IMG/VR virus record: IMGVR_UViG_3300034025_000034
Location: 1-47,102 of that record
Length of the DNA stretch: 47,102 nt
DNA from: a virus
Reading direction: 5' to 3' (one strand)
Of this stretch, positions 1 to 7,796 are shown piece after piece. The notes under the pieces were generated by a model. The model was not told the DNA's origin. It made no database searches and was given only the letters and a program-made list of their open reading frames with translations. The first letter of the stretch is position 1. Each line of letters starts with the position of its first letter. Made by a program: the position numbers and the translations under genes.

Positions 1-127
1 CCGAGCAACATAGTCAGCCGTCTGGCTCCCATAATTCCTGGGGTCCGTGCCGCCAATATACTGTCTCACAGCCCCTTCCATGCTGCCTGTGCGCTGCATG
101 CCTTCTTTCAGCAGCACTGCTGCGCCC
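1..127. repeat. Terminal overlap: bases 1-127 are identical to 46976-47102, so the contig closes into a 46,975-bp circle
   Basis: Read directly. The window starts ccgagcaacatagtcagccg, and the same string restarts at 46976 and runs to the last base. The length is exactly 127. Confidence 0.95.
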
Positions 128-759
128 TTGGCCTTATTAGCATCACTGCTCAGCGGATCAAAGCCGTACTTCTTCTGGATCAGGCCGCGCGTCGTAGGCG
201 TGAACTGATACACGCTCTGCGCGCCAGCCGAGCTAACCTGCCCCTCGTTACTCCGCTCACCGCGCAGCCGAATACCGGCCAAGGCGCCTGCAGGCAAGCC
301 CGCATCACGCTCGGCAACAGCCTCAATGCTGTCCCAGCGTGGGTCCTTATAGCTGGTCAACGGACCCTGTGGCGCAGCAGTCTTCGGCCCAGTAAATGCC
401 GCAGCCTTCTTGCGCGCATCTCGGTCGATCGGCCGATCCGTGTAGGCTGAGAACATCTGCCCGATGGCACCAGGAATAGCGCCAATGGTTGCAGGCACGC
501 CCTTTGCACGCTCCAGCATCTTGGCATCATCACCGTTGGCAAAGCTGCTGAGCAACCCGGCCACACCCTTGCGAAGGCCAGCAGTCATATCCGGCTCTTG
601 ATATCCCTGCGGCGCAAACGGGTTCAGCGGAATAACCGTGGTGTTTTCAGGCGTTTGCCCCTGCGTCCAGGCCATCTTGCCCATGCGCTGCTGATAGCCG
701 AGCTGGCTTTCCCCCTGCTTCCGGGGGTTCATTGCCATAAGTTCTGCGAGCGTTGCCAT
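1..759 (-). CDS. Internal virion (ejection) protein with an SLT-like lytic transglycosylase domain, N-terminal part. The gene wraps the contig junction: join(45812..46975,1..759), 640 aa
   Basis: The minus frame is open from the ATG at 759 (3 nt after the stop of 763..1758) down to base 1, with no tta/cta/tca triplet. It is in frame with ORF 45812..47092 across the overlap. The N-terminus reads MATLAELMAMNPRK. An SLT-type motif GERSNEGQVSSAGAQSVYQFTPTT is encoded at about 190-262. Confidence 0.8.
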   Translation of the reverse strand, partial: MATLAELMAMNPRKQGESQLGYQQRMGKMAWTQGQTPENTTVIPLNPFAPQGYQEPDMTAGLRKGVAGLLSSFANGDDAKMLERAKGVPATIGAIPGAIGQMFSAYTDRPIDRDARKKAAAFTGPKTAAPQGPLTSYKDPRWDSIEAVAERDAGLPAGALAGIRLRGERSNEGQVSSAGAQSVYQFTPTTRGLIQKKYGFDPLSSDANKAKGAAVLLKEGMQRTGSMEGAVRQYIGGTDPRNYGSQTADYVAR

Positions 760-762
760 CGC

Positions 763-1758
763 TTACTTCTTCCCGCCAAAGAGGCTGCCGAGCAGACTGC
801 TGCCCAGCGTTGCCGCACCAGGTCCGCCCATTGGCATGCTGCCGATCATGCTCGCCGCACCCAGCACGCCCTGCATTACGTTGCCCAGGCCGCTGCTGCT
901 TGTAGTCTGCGTGTTGGTGCCCTGGCTGTTCGTTGTGCCGTAGTTGCCGCTGAGCTGCGCCAGCAGGTTGCTTGCAATATCCAGGCCCGCAAACGGCTGC
1001 GTGTAGGCATACTGGTCCTTGGCCAGCGCATTGTTGATGCCCTGCTGCTCCTGCTGCACACCCAGCTGATTGGCCACGTCGAACAGGCTGCCAGCACCGC
1101 CCTGCTGCTTAATAATCTGGTCAAACAAAGCGGGCAGGCTATTCGTCTGGTTCAGCTGCATGGTGTTGTTGAACTTGGCAGCATCTAGCGCATTGCCCTG
1201 ATCGGTCTGATAGCCCGTCAGCCTGCGCTGCTCCATATCGTTGTAATTCTGATAACCGATCTGTGCGGCCAGCCTCTGGGCTTGCTCTGCCGCCTCGCCG
1301 ATCACCTGCCCTGGCACCACGCTCATGGCCCGATCGCCACTATACGCTCCGCTCTCAAGCGCGCTGCTGCGGATGCCAGGCATGGTCTGCTTGTTCAGCT
1401 GATCCCAGATCGGCGCGGTCGCTGCCTGCACGACAGGGTTGATGTCAAAGGCGGCACCAGGATTGTACGTTCCAGTGCTGACCGGGTTCATGCTGCTTAG
1501 GCCCATAGCCGCAGCCTGCAAAATCTTGCTCAGGTCCATGCTGCTTCCGGCTGCAGTCTTGTACGCATCTTGCGACTGGCCGGTTAACCCCGCATCCCCC
1601 TGCGCCACAAAGTCACCAGCATATCCAGCTTTGGGCAAGCTGTTGAGCGCCGTTGTCACCCGGCCGCTGACGTCCGAGATGCCGGGCATCGTCCAGCTAG
1701 GAGGTGCAACCGTCCGCGTCTCGTTGGTCTTGGTCTCGACCTTCTTCTTAGTGCCCAT
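763..1758 (-). CDS. Putative internal virion/ejection protein (331 aa)
   Basis: SD GAGGGAA lies upstream of the ATG at 1758. The protein is Q/N/G/S-rich with a Gly-rich hydrophobic C-terminus, GSMPMGGPGAATLGSSLLGSLFGGKK. It lies directly upstream of the SLT protein and the 1356-aa protein, like the T7 gp14-16 block. Confidence 0.55.
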   Translation of the reverse strand: MGTKKKVETKTNETRTVAPPSWTMPGISDVSGRVTTALNSLPKAGYAGDFVAQGDAGLTGQSQDAYKTAAGSSMDLSKILQAAAMGLSSMNPVSTGTYNPGAAFDINPVVQAATAPIWDQLNKQTMPGIRSSALESGAYSGDRAMSVVPGQVIGEAAEQAQRLAAQIGYQNYNDMEQRRLTGYQTDQGNALDAAKFNNTMQLNQTNSLPALFDQIIKQQGGAGSLFDVANQLGVQQEQQGINNALAKDQYAYTQPFAGLDIASNLLAQLSGNYGTTNSQGTNTQTTSSSGLGNVMQGVLGAASMIGSMPMGGPGAATLGSSLLGSLFGGKK

Positions 1759-2137
1759 TGCTCATTCCCTCAACCTGCCAAGTCAACGTCCAGCTTTCGA
1801 CCTGACCCCGCATGCGCATCATAGCCTTAGCCATTCGCTCGTCAAACACGGTTGTCTCTACCGTGTCACACATGAAGTCAGTCGCAAGCCTGTCAACCAC
1901 GTCCCGCATGGCCTGGAGATAGCCATGAAAGCGTGAGGCGGTGAAGCTAGTCACCAGCATCCTGTTGCCTTGCTTGCACACAGCCAGCGTTCCGCCGTCC
2001 CAGCCATAGGCTTGCCAGTTGCCACTCAACAGCTTTTCAGCCACGTCCAACTCCGTCCAGCCTCCAGGCGCAGCCCCACGCACTAGGGAGTTAAACTCAC
2101 TGTCACTTAGCTGTTGTGGGGGCAGCCAGCGCAGCAT
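1748..2137 (-). CDS. Hypothetical virion-module protein (129 aa)
   Basis: The start overlaps the tail fibre stop (TAATG at 2135-2139). It sits inside the co-directional structural operon. I see no recognisable motif. Confidence 0.5.
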   Translation of the reverse strand: MLRWLPPQQLSDSEFNSLVRGAAPGGWTELDVAEKLLSGNWQAYGWDGGTLAVCKQGNRMLVTSFTASRFHGYLQAMRDVVDRLATDFMCDTVETTVFDERMAKAMMRMRGQVESWTLTWQVEGMSNGH

Positions 2138-4083
2138 TACTGCTCGACAGTGCTAAGTTGCAAAATGTTGCTGCTAATATTTCCAAGCGCCTGACTGTCC
2201 GCCAACCTATAAATCGCCCCACGCGTAAGCCAGACATAAGCGTCATTTACAGCTCCGACAATCCAGGATGATGTGCGCGTCGAGCTGTTACCAACCCGAT
2301 GCCTCCATGCAAACCGTCCCATAGGCTCAGGCCCAGTTGACATACCCAAAAACTCCCAGGCGCTGGTGCTAGTAACATCCTCAGTCCAAACCGCCAGAGC
2401 AGTAACAGGTCCATTAATGCGGAAGGCTTCCAGTGTATAGCTGGTACGATACACCATATGCTGTGCTGCAAATGGATCAGCTTCCTGCGGAGGATCGTTT
2501 TGGCTTCCCAAGTACTCAGCGCCAGTCGCCAAAATAGCTCCCCAACTCTGTGTAGAGGTCACGCTAATGGGACCACCTGCAGAAGCAAATGGCCCGAGTG
2601 GAAACTGTGTAGCACTTGCCAGCGTCGTACGGCCGCTATTGCTAATTACGCCTGCACTGAGCGTTCCACCAAAATAAGCACTGCCGTCTGTGCGTAGATA
2701 CACCGTACCATTAGCTTCCGAGCAAGTGGTGACACTGGCTTGTGCCGGACCATACCACAGGAAAAATTGGTTGGTATTGCCAAAGCCATTACCAATGATT
2801 AGCTGCGAGCCGCCAACGGTAAATACAAACCTGCCACCTGCGACATTGATGATAGCGTCAAGCAAACCTGAGCTGAGCTTTCCAACGGTTAACTCAGCAA
2901 CTTTGGCGCTGGTGATTTGAGCGTCGCCGATCTTGGCGTTGTTGATCGCAGCATCCTGGATAAGCGCTGTGGTGATCGCAGCATTATCAATCTGCGCCGT
3001 TCCAATAGCTGCATTGGCGATCAGCGCACGTCCGATGGCTGCTCCGCCAATATACGTGCTGATGTTGCCAGACGTAAGATAGCTCACCGCAGCCAAACTG
3101 CCAAACCCTGCCGTGCGGCTAATGTCCACAGCGCCGCTTATGCGCGAAGCAAAGTCCAGCAGCCCTGTGCTTTGTGCTGCAATGTCGATTACATTCTGCA
3201 GCGCCAGCGCGCCAAACCCGGTAGTGTTGCCTGGGGCAATTACGTTGAGCAGTGCCAGGGCACCAAGCCCGGTGATGCTATTGACACCGAGCGCTCCGAT
3301 TACCTGCGTCGCAAGGTTGACCTTTGAGCCGCTGCCAAACGCCACCGACCCGTCAGGGTTATAAATGGTGATGTTCGTGCCTTCGATGCTGCCGTCCTTT
3401 AGCAGCGCCCAGCCAGCCTTAGTCGCAGGATTGTAGCTATAGCTGCTGATCACATTGCCAATCTTGGCATCCGTGATCGCAGCATCCTGGATATGCGCCA
3501 CGCCCACAGCAAGATTAGCGATCTTCCCGCTCGTCACCGCTAGGTTTGCAATCTTGGTGTTGTTGACCGCCAAGTCTGCAATCTTGGCCTCTACGATCTG
3601 GGCCTCGCCAATCTTTGCAGTGACAATCGCTGCGTCGCCGATCTTAGCCGTGACCACAGCCAGGTCTTGCATCTTTGCAGTACCCACCGCAAGGTCTTTA
3701 ATCTTAGCCTCGGTTACGGCTAGCGCCGCCAGCTTCTGCGTACCCACAGCCCCGTCAAATATCTTGTCGAACTCAACTGCACCATCACGGATTTTCTGCA
3801 CAGTGATGGCAGCTTCAGCAATCTGCGAGGTGTCAATCTGAAACAGGTCAGCAGCGGTGGGTGGATCGAACGCAGGATTGCCAAGATAAAGCTCAGCCTC
3901 TTCTTGGCTAAGCCACACAGGCGAGTAGCCGTCGGGCACGTACTGCTGCGGAGGGATAACGATGCCATTGCTACTGCCAGCAACCACACGCGTGGGATCA
4001 ACGTCAGCTTCCGCCAACGCTTGCACAAGCACCCTGGCATACTCTTGCCAGCTCTTGTAGTTGTCGGGATCAGGAAGAGCCAT
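2137..4083 (-). CDS. Tail fibre protein (648 aa) with two blocks of decapeptide repeats
   Basis: About 12 repeats of a 10-aa unit (for example AVGTAKMQDL, AVVTAKIGDA, AIVTAKIGEA) span aa 91-210. About 5 more (AAIGTAQIDN, AAITTALIQD, AAINNAKIGD) span aa 347-400. The C-terminal half is non-repetitive. The start overlaps the stop of the upstream gene (TAATG). Confidence 0.7.
   Translation of the reverse strand: MALPDPDNYKSWQEYARVLVQALAEADVDPTRVVAGSSNGIVIPPQQYVPDGYSPVWLSQEEAELYLGNPAFDPPTAADLFQIDTSQIAEAAITVQKIRDGAVEFDKIFDGAVGTQKLAALAVTEAKIKDLAVGTAKMQDLAVVTAKIGDAAIVTAKIGEAQIVEAKIADLAVNNTKIANLAVTSGKIANLAVGVAHIQDAAITDAKIGNVISSYSYNPATKAGWALLKDGSIEGTNITIYNPDGSVAFGSGSKVNLATQVIGALGVNSITGLGALALLNVIAPGNTTGFGALALQNVIDIAAQSTGLLDFASRISGAVDISRTAGFGSLAAVSYLTSGNISTYIGGAAIGRALIANAAIGTAQIDNAAITTALIQDAAINNAKIGDAQITSAKVAELTVGKLSSGLLDAIINVAGGRFVFTVGGSQLIIGNGFGNTNQFFLWYGPAQASVTTCSEANGTVYLRTDGSAYFGGTLSAGVISNSGRTTLASATQFPLGPFASAGGPISVTSTQSWGAILATGAEYLGSQNDPPQEADPFAAQHMVYRTSYTLEAFRINGPVTALAVWTEDVTSTSAWEFLGMSTGPEPMGRFAWRHRVGNSSTRTSSWIVGAVNDAYVWLTRGAIYRLADSQALGNISSNILQLSTVEQ
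2884..3045 (-). repeat. Coding tandem repeat block 2 of the tail fibre (10-aa period, about 5 units)
   Basis: Covers aa 347-400. It shares the 19-mer gatcgcagcatcctggata (2944-2962) with block 1 (3475-3493). Confidence 0.65.
3454..3813 (-). repeat. Coding tandem repeat block 1 of the tail fibre (30-nt / 10-aa period, about 12 units)
   Basis: The periodicity is visible in the translation at aa 91-210 and in recurring atcttggc/gatcgc strings in the DNA. Confidence 0.7.
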
Positions 4084-5546
4084 TAGTCCCGCTTCGTCCC
4101 TTCAATGCTGCCATAAAGCATGAACCCCTGGAGGTCCATAACCCAGGTGGCTGCTGTGCTCTGAAACTCGAGCTTCCAGTACACGCCATCAGCTGGCCAA
4201 TCAGGGCCACGCTTATACGTTGTGCTGTTAGGCAAGACATTGACCCAGGGTCCAGTGGCCCACGGCCCGTCACTCTGCTGGCTGCTAAGCAACCTGAACT
4301 GCACATTGGCCGAGGCTTTCATCAGCAGCTCAACCTCATCCACGATAGCCGTCAGATGGCTATCGGTCAGTCCACTCTCGCTGTTGACCTGCATAAGCAA
4401 CGGACGTGTACGCAGGGTCAGTGGTGCAGACAAGCCTGGATGATCCTGGTCCCGTTGCACCAGCCCGGTGCTTAAACCCATTACAGGTTTGTTGAACAGC
4501 CGCCGCTCGTCTTTGATGCTAAACGCCGGAATAGGGCTCCAGCCTCCGGTACGCGGATCGAAGCTCCAAGCCTCGTTGCACTCTAGACTGCCCAGCAGCG
4601 GAAAGCTGAACTCATAACAACCTGTATAGTCATTACGGCAGGCAGTGATCTTGCTTCCTTGGCTCCAATTTACATTATCTTGCAGATAGTCGTGCAAGTA
4701 ACCCTCGTCTATGTACCGATAGCTCAGGCCATCAGTCCACCACACACCGCCGCGTCCCACGCCATAGTTGCTCTTACCGTCGCTGGCCACCGAGAACTTA
4801 CCAATGGCCCCAATCCCATCCAGCGCCATACGCTGTCCGAAATAAAACGGAGCACCGACGTAGTTGACCAACGCCATTTGATCCTCAGCATAGACAGCCA
4901 TGCTGCCACCGAGACTCACCGCTGTCTTAATCCTGGTGTCCATGTCATCAATAGTGAGCGAACCGGCAAGGTTCGTCTGGCTGGCAGTCCAGCTCTCAAT
5001 ATTGTCAGCATCCGACCAGCCTACGCGCGTCCCTCGCTCGCCATAGCCAAACGCCAGAATAAAGTTCTGACGCTTACGAAAGATCGCAACATTCTGCGGA
5101 GCATCACCAAACGTCGAGAAGCTGATATTAGGCTTGTGCAGCAGTGCTGGCCCTGTACTGCTGTTCACCAGCGTCCAGTCACCAAAATGCGTGAAGTCCA
5201 CAAAGCCTGCAGGCTTCAACGAGTTCTCGTCCAGCTGCAAAGATGCGGCGAGGTTCAAATCCTCAGGCGCTGGGCCGTACCAGCGATAGAGCAAGCTGTC
5301 GTCGAAAGCTGCCCAGAGCCAACGCACGCCGTTGGTAGCTTGCTGCTGGCTTATGCCGCGCACTTTCCGTCCAGGAGCACTGAAGATAAGACTTGGCGGC
5401 ACTCGCCGCTTCACCCGCCCCGCAGCAAAAGTGACATTGCTCGCCGCTTCCCACAGCAAAGAAAGCAGCGGATGCAAATCTGGCTGCAACCCGCTGCTCA
5501 CCCTCTGAGGGTCCGCTGCAATGAAGATCGGTGCTCGACGCAGCAT
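4083..5546 (-). CDS. Putative tail hub/nozzle protein (487 aa)
   Basis: This large structural ORF lies between the lysis genes and the tail fibre. Its size and beta-rich repetitive blade-like segments (for example VSLGGSMAVYAEDQMALVNYVGAPFYFGQ) recall P22 gp10-type hub proteins. The assignment is by position and general resemblance only. Confidence 0.4.
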   Translation of the reverse strand: MLRRAPIFIAADPQRVSSGLQPDLHPLLSLLWEAASNVTFAAGRVKRRVPPSLIFSAPGRKVRGISQQQATNGVRWLWAAFDDSLLYRWYGPAPEDLNLAASLQLDENSLKPAGFVDFTHFGDWTLVNSSTGPALLHKPNISFSTFGDAPQNVAIFRKRQNFILAFGYGERGTRVGWSDADNIESWTASQTNLAGSLTIDDMDTRIKTAVSLGGSMAVYAEDQMALVNYVGAPFYFGQRMALDGIGAIGKFSVASDGKSNYGVGRGGVWWTDGLSYRYIDEGYLHDYLQDNVNWSQGSKITACRNDYTGCYEFSFPLLGSLECNEAWSFDPRTGGWSPIPAFSIKDERRLFNKPVMGLSTGLVQRDQDHPGLSAPLTLRTRPLLMQVNSESGLTDSHLTAIVDEVELLMKASANVQFRLLSSQQSDGPWATGPWVNVLPNSTTYKRGPDWPADGVYWKLEFQSTAATWVMDLQGFMLYGSIEGTKRD

Positions 5547-5549
5547 AGT

Positions 5550-6203
5550 CTACCCTTTTAGTGCAAGCCCCAGCTTGAACCGCTGCTGAACGCCAGCCGC
5601 TGCTTCTGCCTTGGTGATGACGCGATCCTTGTTCAGGTCCAGACCGCTGTTCTGTTTATACGCCAGCTGCCCATAGGCCCAGGGCATCGGCCAGCTCAGC
5701 GGCTTGCCGATGGCCTTCGGGAACAGGATGGCCATGTAAATGTCCTCCAGGCTCCAGGCCGTCAGGTCCTTACCAAAGGTGCGGAAGTAGTAATAGACGA
5801 AGCTGAGCTGCTGCACGTCGCTGAGCTGCGCAAGGGCCTCGTGCGTCGGTGCCAGCTTAGCCAGGTTCGGATACTGCTTGATCATGCCAGCATGCGTTGC
5901 GCGCATGAACTGTATCAGCCCAGTGCCGCTGCTACCTGCAGCATTGCGCACCTTGGCGCTGAACGTTCCGCCGGTCTCGAACGCCATGCAAGCCATCAGC
6001 TTGTTAGCATCCAAGCCCAGCTGCTCCTCGATCCAAAGCACGCCCTGCTTGAACTCCGCACTGACCTTCTGCCCGTAGATGATCGTGCGACCAGCAGCAG
6101 AAGCTACTACCGGCGCCTCTGCAACCTCGTCGAGGTCCAGCAGCAGATCATCCAGCTCTTCACGCAGGCTTTGCAGCCGCAGCTTTATGCCCGAAACATC
6201 CAT
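5550..6203 (-). CDS. Endolysin, SLT-like lytic transglycosylase/muramidase (217 aa)
   Basis: SD GGAGG lies 7 nt upstream of the ATG at 6203. The motif MAFETGGTFSAKVRNAAGSSGTGLIQFMRAT fits the E-(S/T) ... GxGLxQ ... T signature of SLT-type enzymes. Small membrane proteins lie immediately upstream. Confidence 0.65.
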   Translation of the reverse strand: MDVSGIKLRLQSLREELDDLLLDLDEVAEAPVVASAAGRTIIYGQKVSAEFKQGVLWIEEQLGLDANKLMACMAFETGGTFSAKVRNAAGSSGTGLIQFMRATHAGMIKQYPNLAKLAPTHEALAQLSDVQQLSFVYYYFRTFGKDLTAWSLEDIYMAILFPKAIGKPLSWPMPWAYGQLAYKQNSGLDLNKDRVITKAEAAAGVQQRFKLGLALKG

Positions 6204-6538
6204 GACGGAACCTCCACTTCGTCAAGCGTGTCTTCGATGCGCTCGAGGACTGCAGGTGAAGGATAGATAATGGCTTCAGTGATCTGCTGGGGTTCGTTAT
6301 GCAGCGCAGCTGTTTTAGCCGTGCCGACGACCTTTGGAGCCTGCTCCTGACGCAAGCGACTGACCAGCGCCCACAAGTCGCCCATGCCGCCAATCAAGCT
6401 GACTACGGTTTGGCTTGCGGCTTCCAAATCCTCCGTCGCTACGTTTGCCACTAGGCCACTGAGCACCAGGGCCTTACACAACAGCGACACAGCGATCCCC
6501 ACCGCTATGTTACTTTTGTACCAAGGAATTGCTTGCAT
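6185..6538 (-). CDS. Putative holin (117 aa, two hydrophobic segments)
   Basis: A strong SD AAGGAG precedes the ATG at 6538. Predicted TM segments are IAVGIAVSLLCKALVLSGLV and TVVSLIGGMGDLWALV. The gene overlaps the endolysin start by 19 nt. Confidence 0.5.
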   Translation of the reverse strand: MQAIPWYKSNIAVGIAVSLLCKALVLSGLVANVATEDLEAASQTVVSLIGGMGDLWALVSRLRQEQAPKVVGTAKTAALHNEPQQITEAIIYPSPAVLERIEDTLDEVEVPSWMFRA

Positions 6539-6550
6539 CGTCTTGCTCCT

Positions 6551-6745
6551 TTAGTGTATAGTCAGCTTGTCCAGCAGCGCGCGCATCTCGGGATCGGCCT
6601 CCACGACTTCTGCTGGTGCAAAGGTCCGACGCAGCACGGTGCCCACCGCCCAAAACACGCTGGCTCCCTCCACCAATCTGGGCGAGGGAGCCATTGCCAT
6701 GACACCTATGACCATCATCAGACTTGAGATCATCATATCAATCAT
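6551..6745 (-). CDS. Small membrane protein (64 aa), a holin/antiholin or lysis accessory candidate
   Basis: The hydrophobic N-terminus reads MIDMMISSLMMVIGVMAMA, and a second hydrophobic stretch reads ASVFWAVGTVL. It lies within the lysis cluster. Confidence 0.4.
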   Translation of the reverse strand: MIDMMISSLMMVIGVMAMAPSPRLVEGASVFWAVGTVLRRTFAPAEVVEADPEMRALLDKLTIH

Positions 6746-6746
6746 C

Positions 6747-7028
6747 CTATTGACCTGTCCTGCGCTGCTCCTGCGCGGCTGCTTGCTGCACCAAGAAATC
6801 GAGCTTGGCCTCGTTACGCACGCCTCTCAGATTAAGATCGCGAAGCTCGGTGCTCCGCGCTGTGTTCTCGACCTCTAGCTTCGTCACCCGATCCACCGTG
6901 GTCTGTACGCGATTTGTTACCACTCCGCCCTGGTAGATAATACCAGCTATTGCCAACATAAAGCCCGCGTAGGGCAGCCAAGCTGGGCCACCAGTTCCTG
7001 GTGTGCCGCGACCTCTAGGTAGGTTCAC
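6747..7028 (-). CDS. Putative i-spanin-like protein (93 aa; N-terminal TM plus coiled coil)
   Basis: The GTG start overlaps the upstream stop (GTGA). The TM segment WLPYAGFMLAIAGIIYQGGVV is followed by a charged helical region, VDRVTKLEVENTARSTELRDLNLRG. Confidence 0.4.
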   Translation of the reverse strand: MNLPRGRGTPGTGGPAWLPYAGFMLAIAGIIYQGGVVTNRVQTTVDRVTKLEVENTARSTELRDLNLRGVRNEAKLDFLVQQAAAQEQRRTGQ

Positions 7029-7720
7029 CGAGGATACCTCTCCATGAGCCGATTATTGTCCGCCTGGTGCATGGTCATTTCCACGCCCTCCCACTCAAGC
7101 TCGTTGCTGAAGATCGCAATGCTCTGCAAATCCTGCCCCAGCATGCTGCTGAACGCTTGATACGCCTCCATCTTGCGAAGCTCCATGGCCAGGCGCACGC
7201 ACGTATAGGTATGGATCAGGTCTTCCATGTCGGCCAGCATCCAGGCCTCGGTCGCCTCATCTATCTGCATGCTCTGGAAATAGATTTGCAACCTGGTGTC
7301 ATGGCCGGTCACGAAGCTGGGCACAGCGTTGTTGATCTTCAGCAGCAAGCCCTGCACCCAGTAATGCGTTGCTAGGCCAACAGTGGTGTTCAACCCGCCG
7401 CTGACGGCATCTGCTCTCGTTGGCATCACAAAGCTCTCGCGCCGATGCAGCGGATCACTCCAGCTTGCAGGCACGTTTGCCTCATACTCCACCCAACGGA
7501 CTTGCAACAGCCTCTTGTAGCTGGCGGGCATGCCAAAGCTGCTGGCGCCAGGCACCGCAGACAACTCGAGCATTTGAATACTTTTGGGAAAGTTGTAATC
7601 GCGCAGCAGGCGTTTCATAACCCTGCGCACAGCAGCCGGAATCGTGACAGCATCATAATCTGCACTGATCGCCAAGGCTTGCCGGATGCTGGGAACTAGC
7701 TCGGCAACAGTTGTAACCAT
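7025..7720 (-). CDS. Putative head-tail adaptor / tail tubular-A-like protein (231 aa)
   Basis: SD AAGGAG precedes the ATG at 7720. It is the first gene after the capsid gene. The assignment is by position only. Confidence 0.35.
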   Translation of the reverse strand: MVTTVAELVPSIRQALAISADYDAVTIPAAVRRVMKRLLRDYNFPKSIQMLELSAVPGASSFGMPASYKRLLQVRWVEYEANVPASWSDPLHRRESFVMPTRADAVSGGLNTTVGLATHYWVQGLLLKINNAVPSFVTGHDTRLQIYFQSMQIDEATEAWMLADMEDLIHTYTCVRLAMELRKMEAYQAFSSMLGQDLQSIAIFSNELEWEGVEMTMHQADNNRLMERYPR

Positions 7721-7745
7721 GTTCTAGCTCCTTTCAGCAGTAGAA

Positions 7746-7778
7746 GGAGGCGGCGCTGCTTCCGACAACGCCGCCTCC
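7746..7778 (-). terminator. GC-rich hairpin downstream of the capsid gene (10-bp perfect stem); attenuator or mRNA-stabilising 3' structure
   Basis: ggaggcggcg (7746-7755) pairs with cgccgcctcc (7769-7778) around a 13-nt loop. On the minus-strand RNA it is followed by UUCU, not a full U tract. Confidence 0.45.
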
Positions 7779-7796
7779 AGCATCTCTCGCCAGAGA

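Noticed and set aside
2944-3493. A 19-nt identity (gatcgcagcatcctggata at 2944-2962 and 3475-3493) in the tail fibre, considered as a DGR template/variable repeat pair
   Set aside because: There is no reverse transcriptase gene anywhere in the genome. The match is explained by the periodic decapeptide repeat, and there is no adenine-specific mismatch pattern.
5243-5265. A tRNA-like T-loop string, GGTTCAAATCC
   Set aside because: It lies inside the 487-aa tail gene. I found no complementary acceptor stem or anticodon arm in the roughly 75 nt upstream, so it is a chance match.
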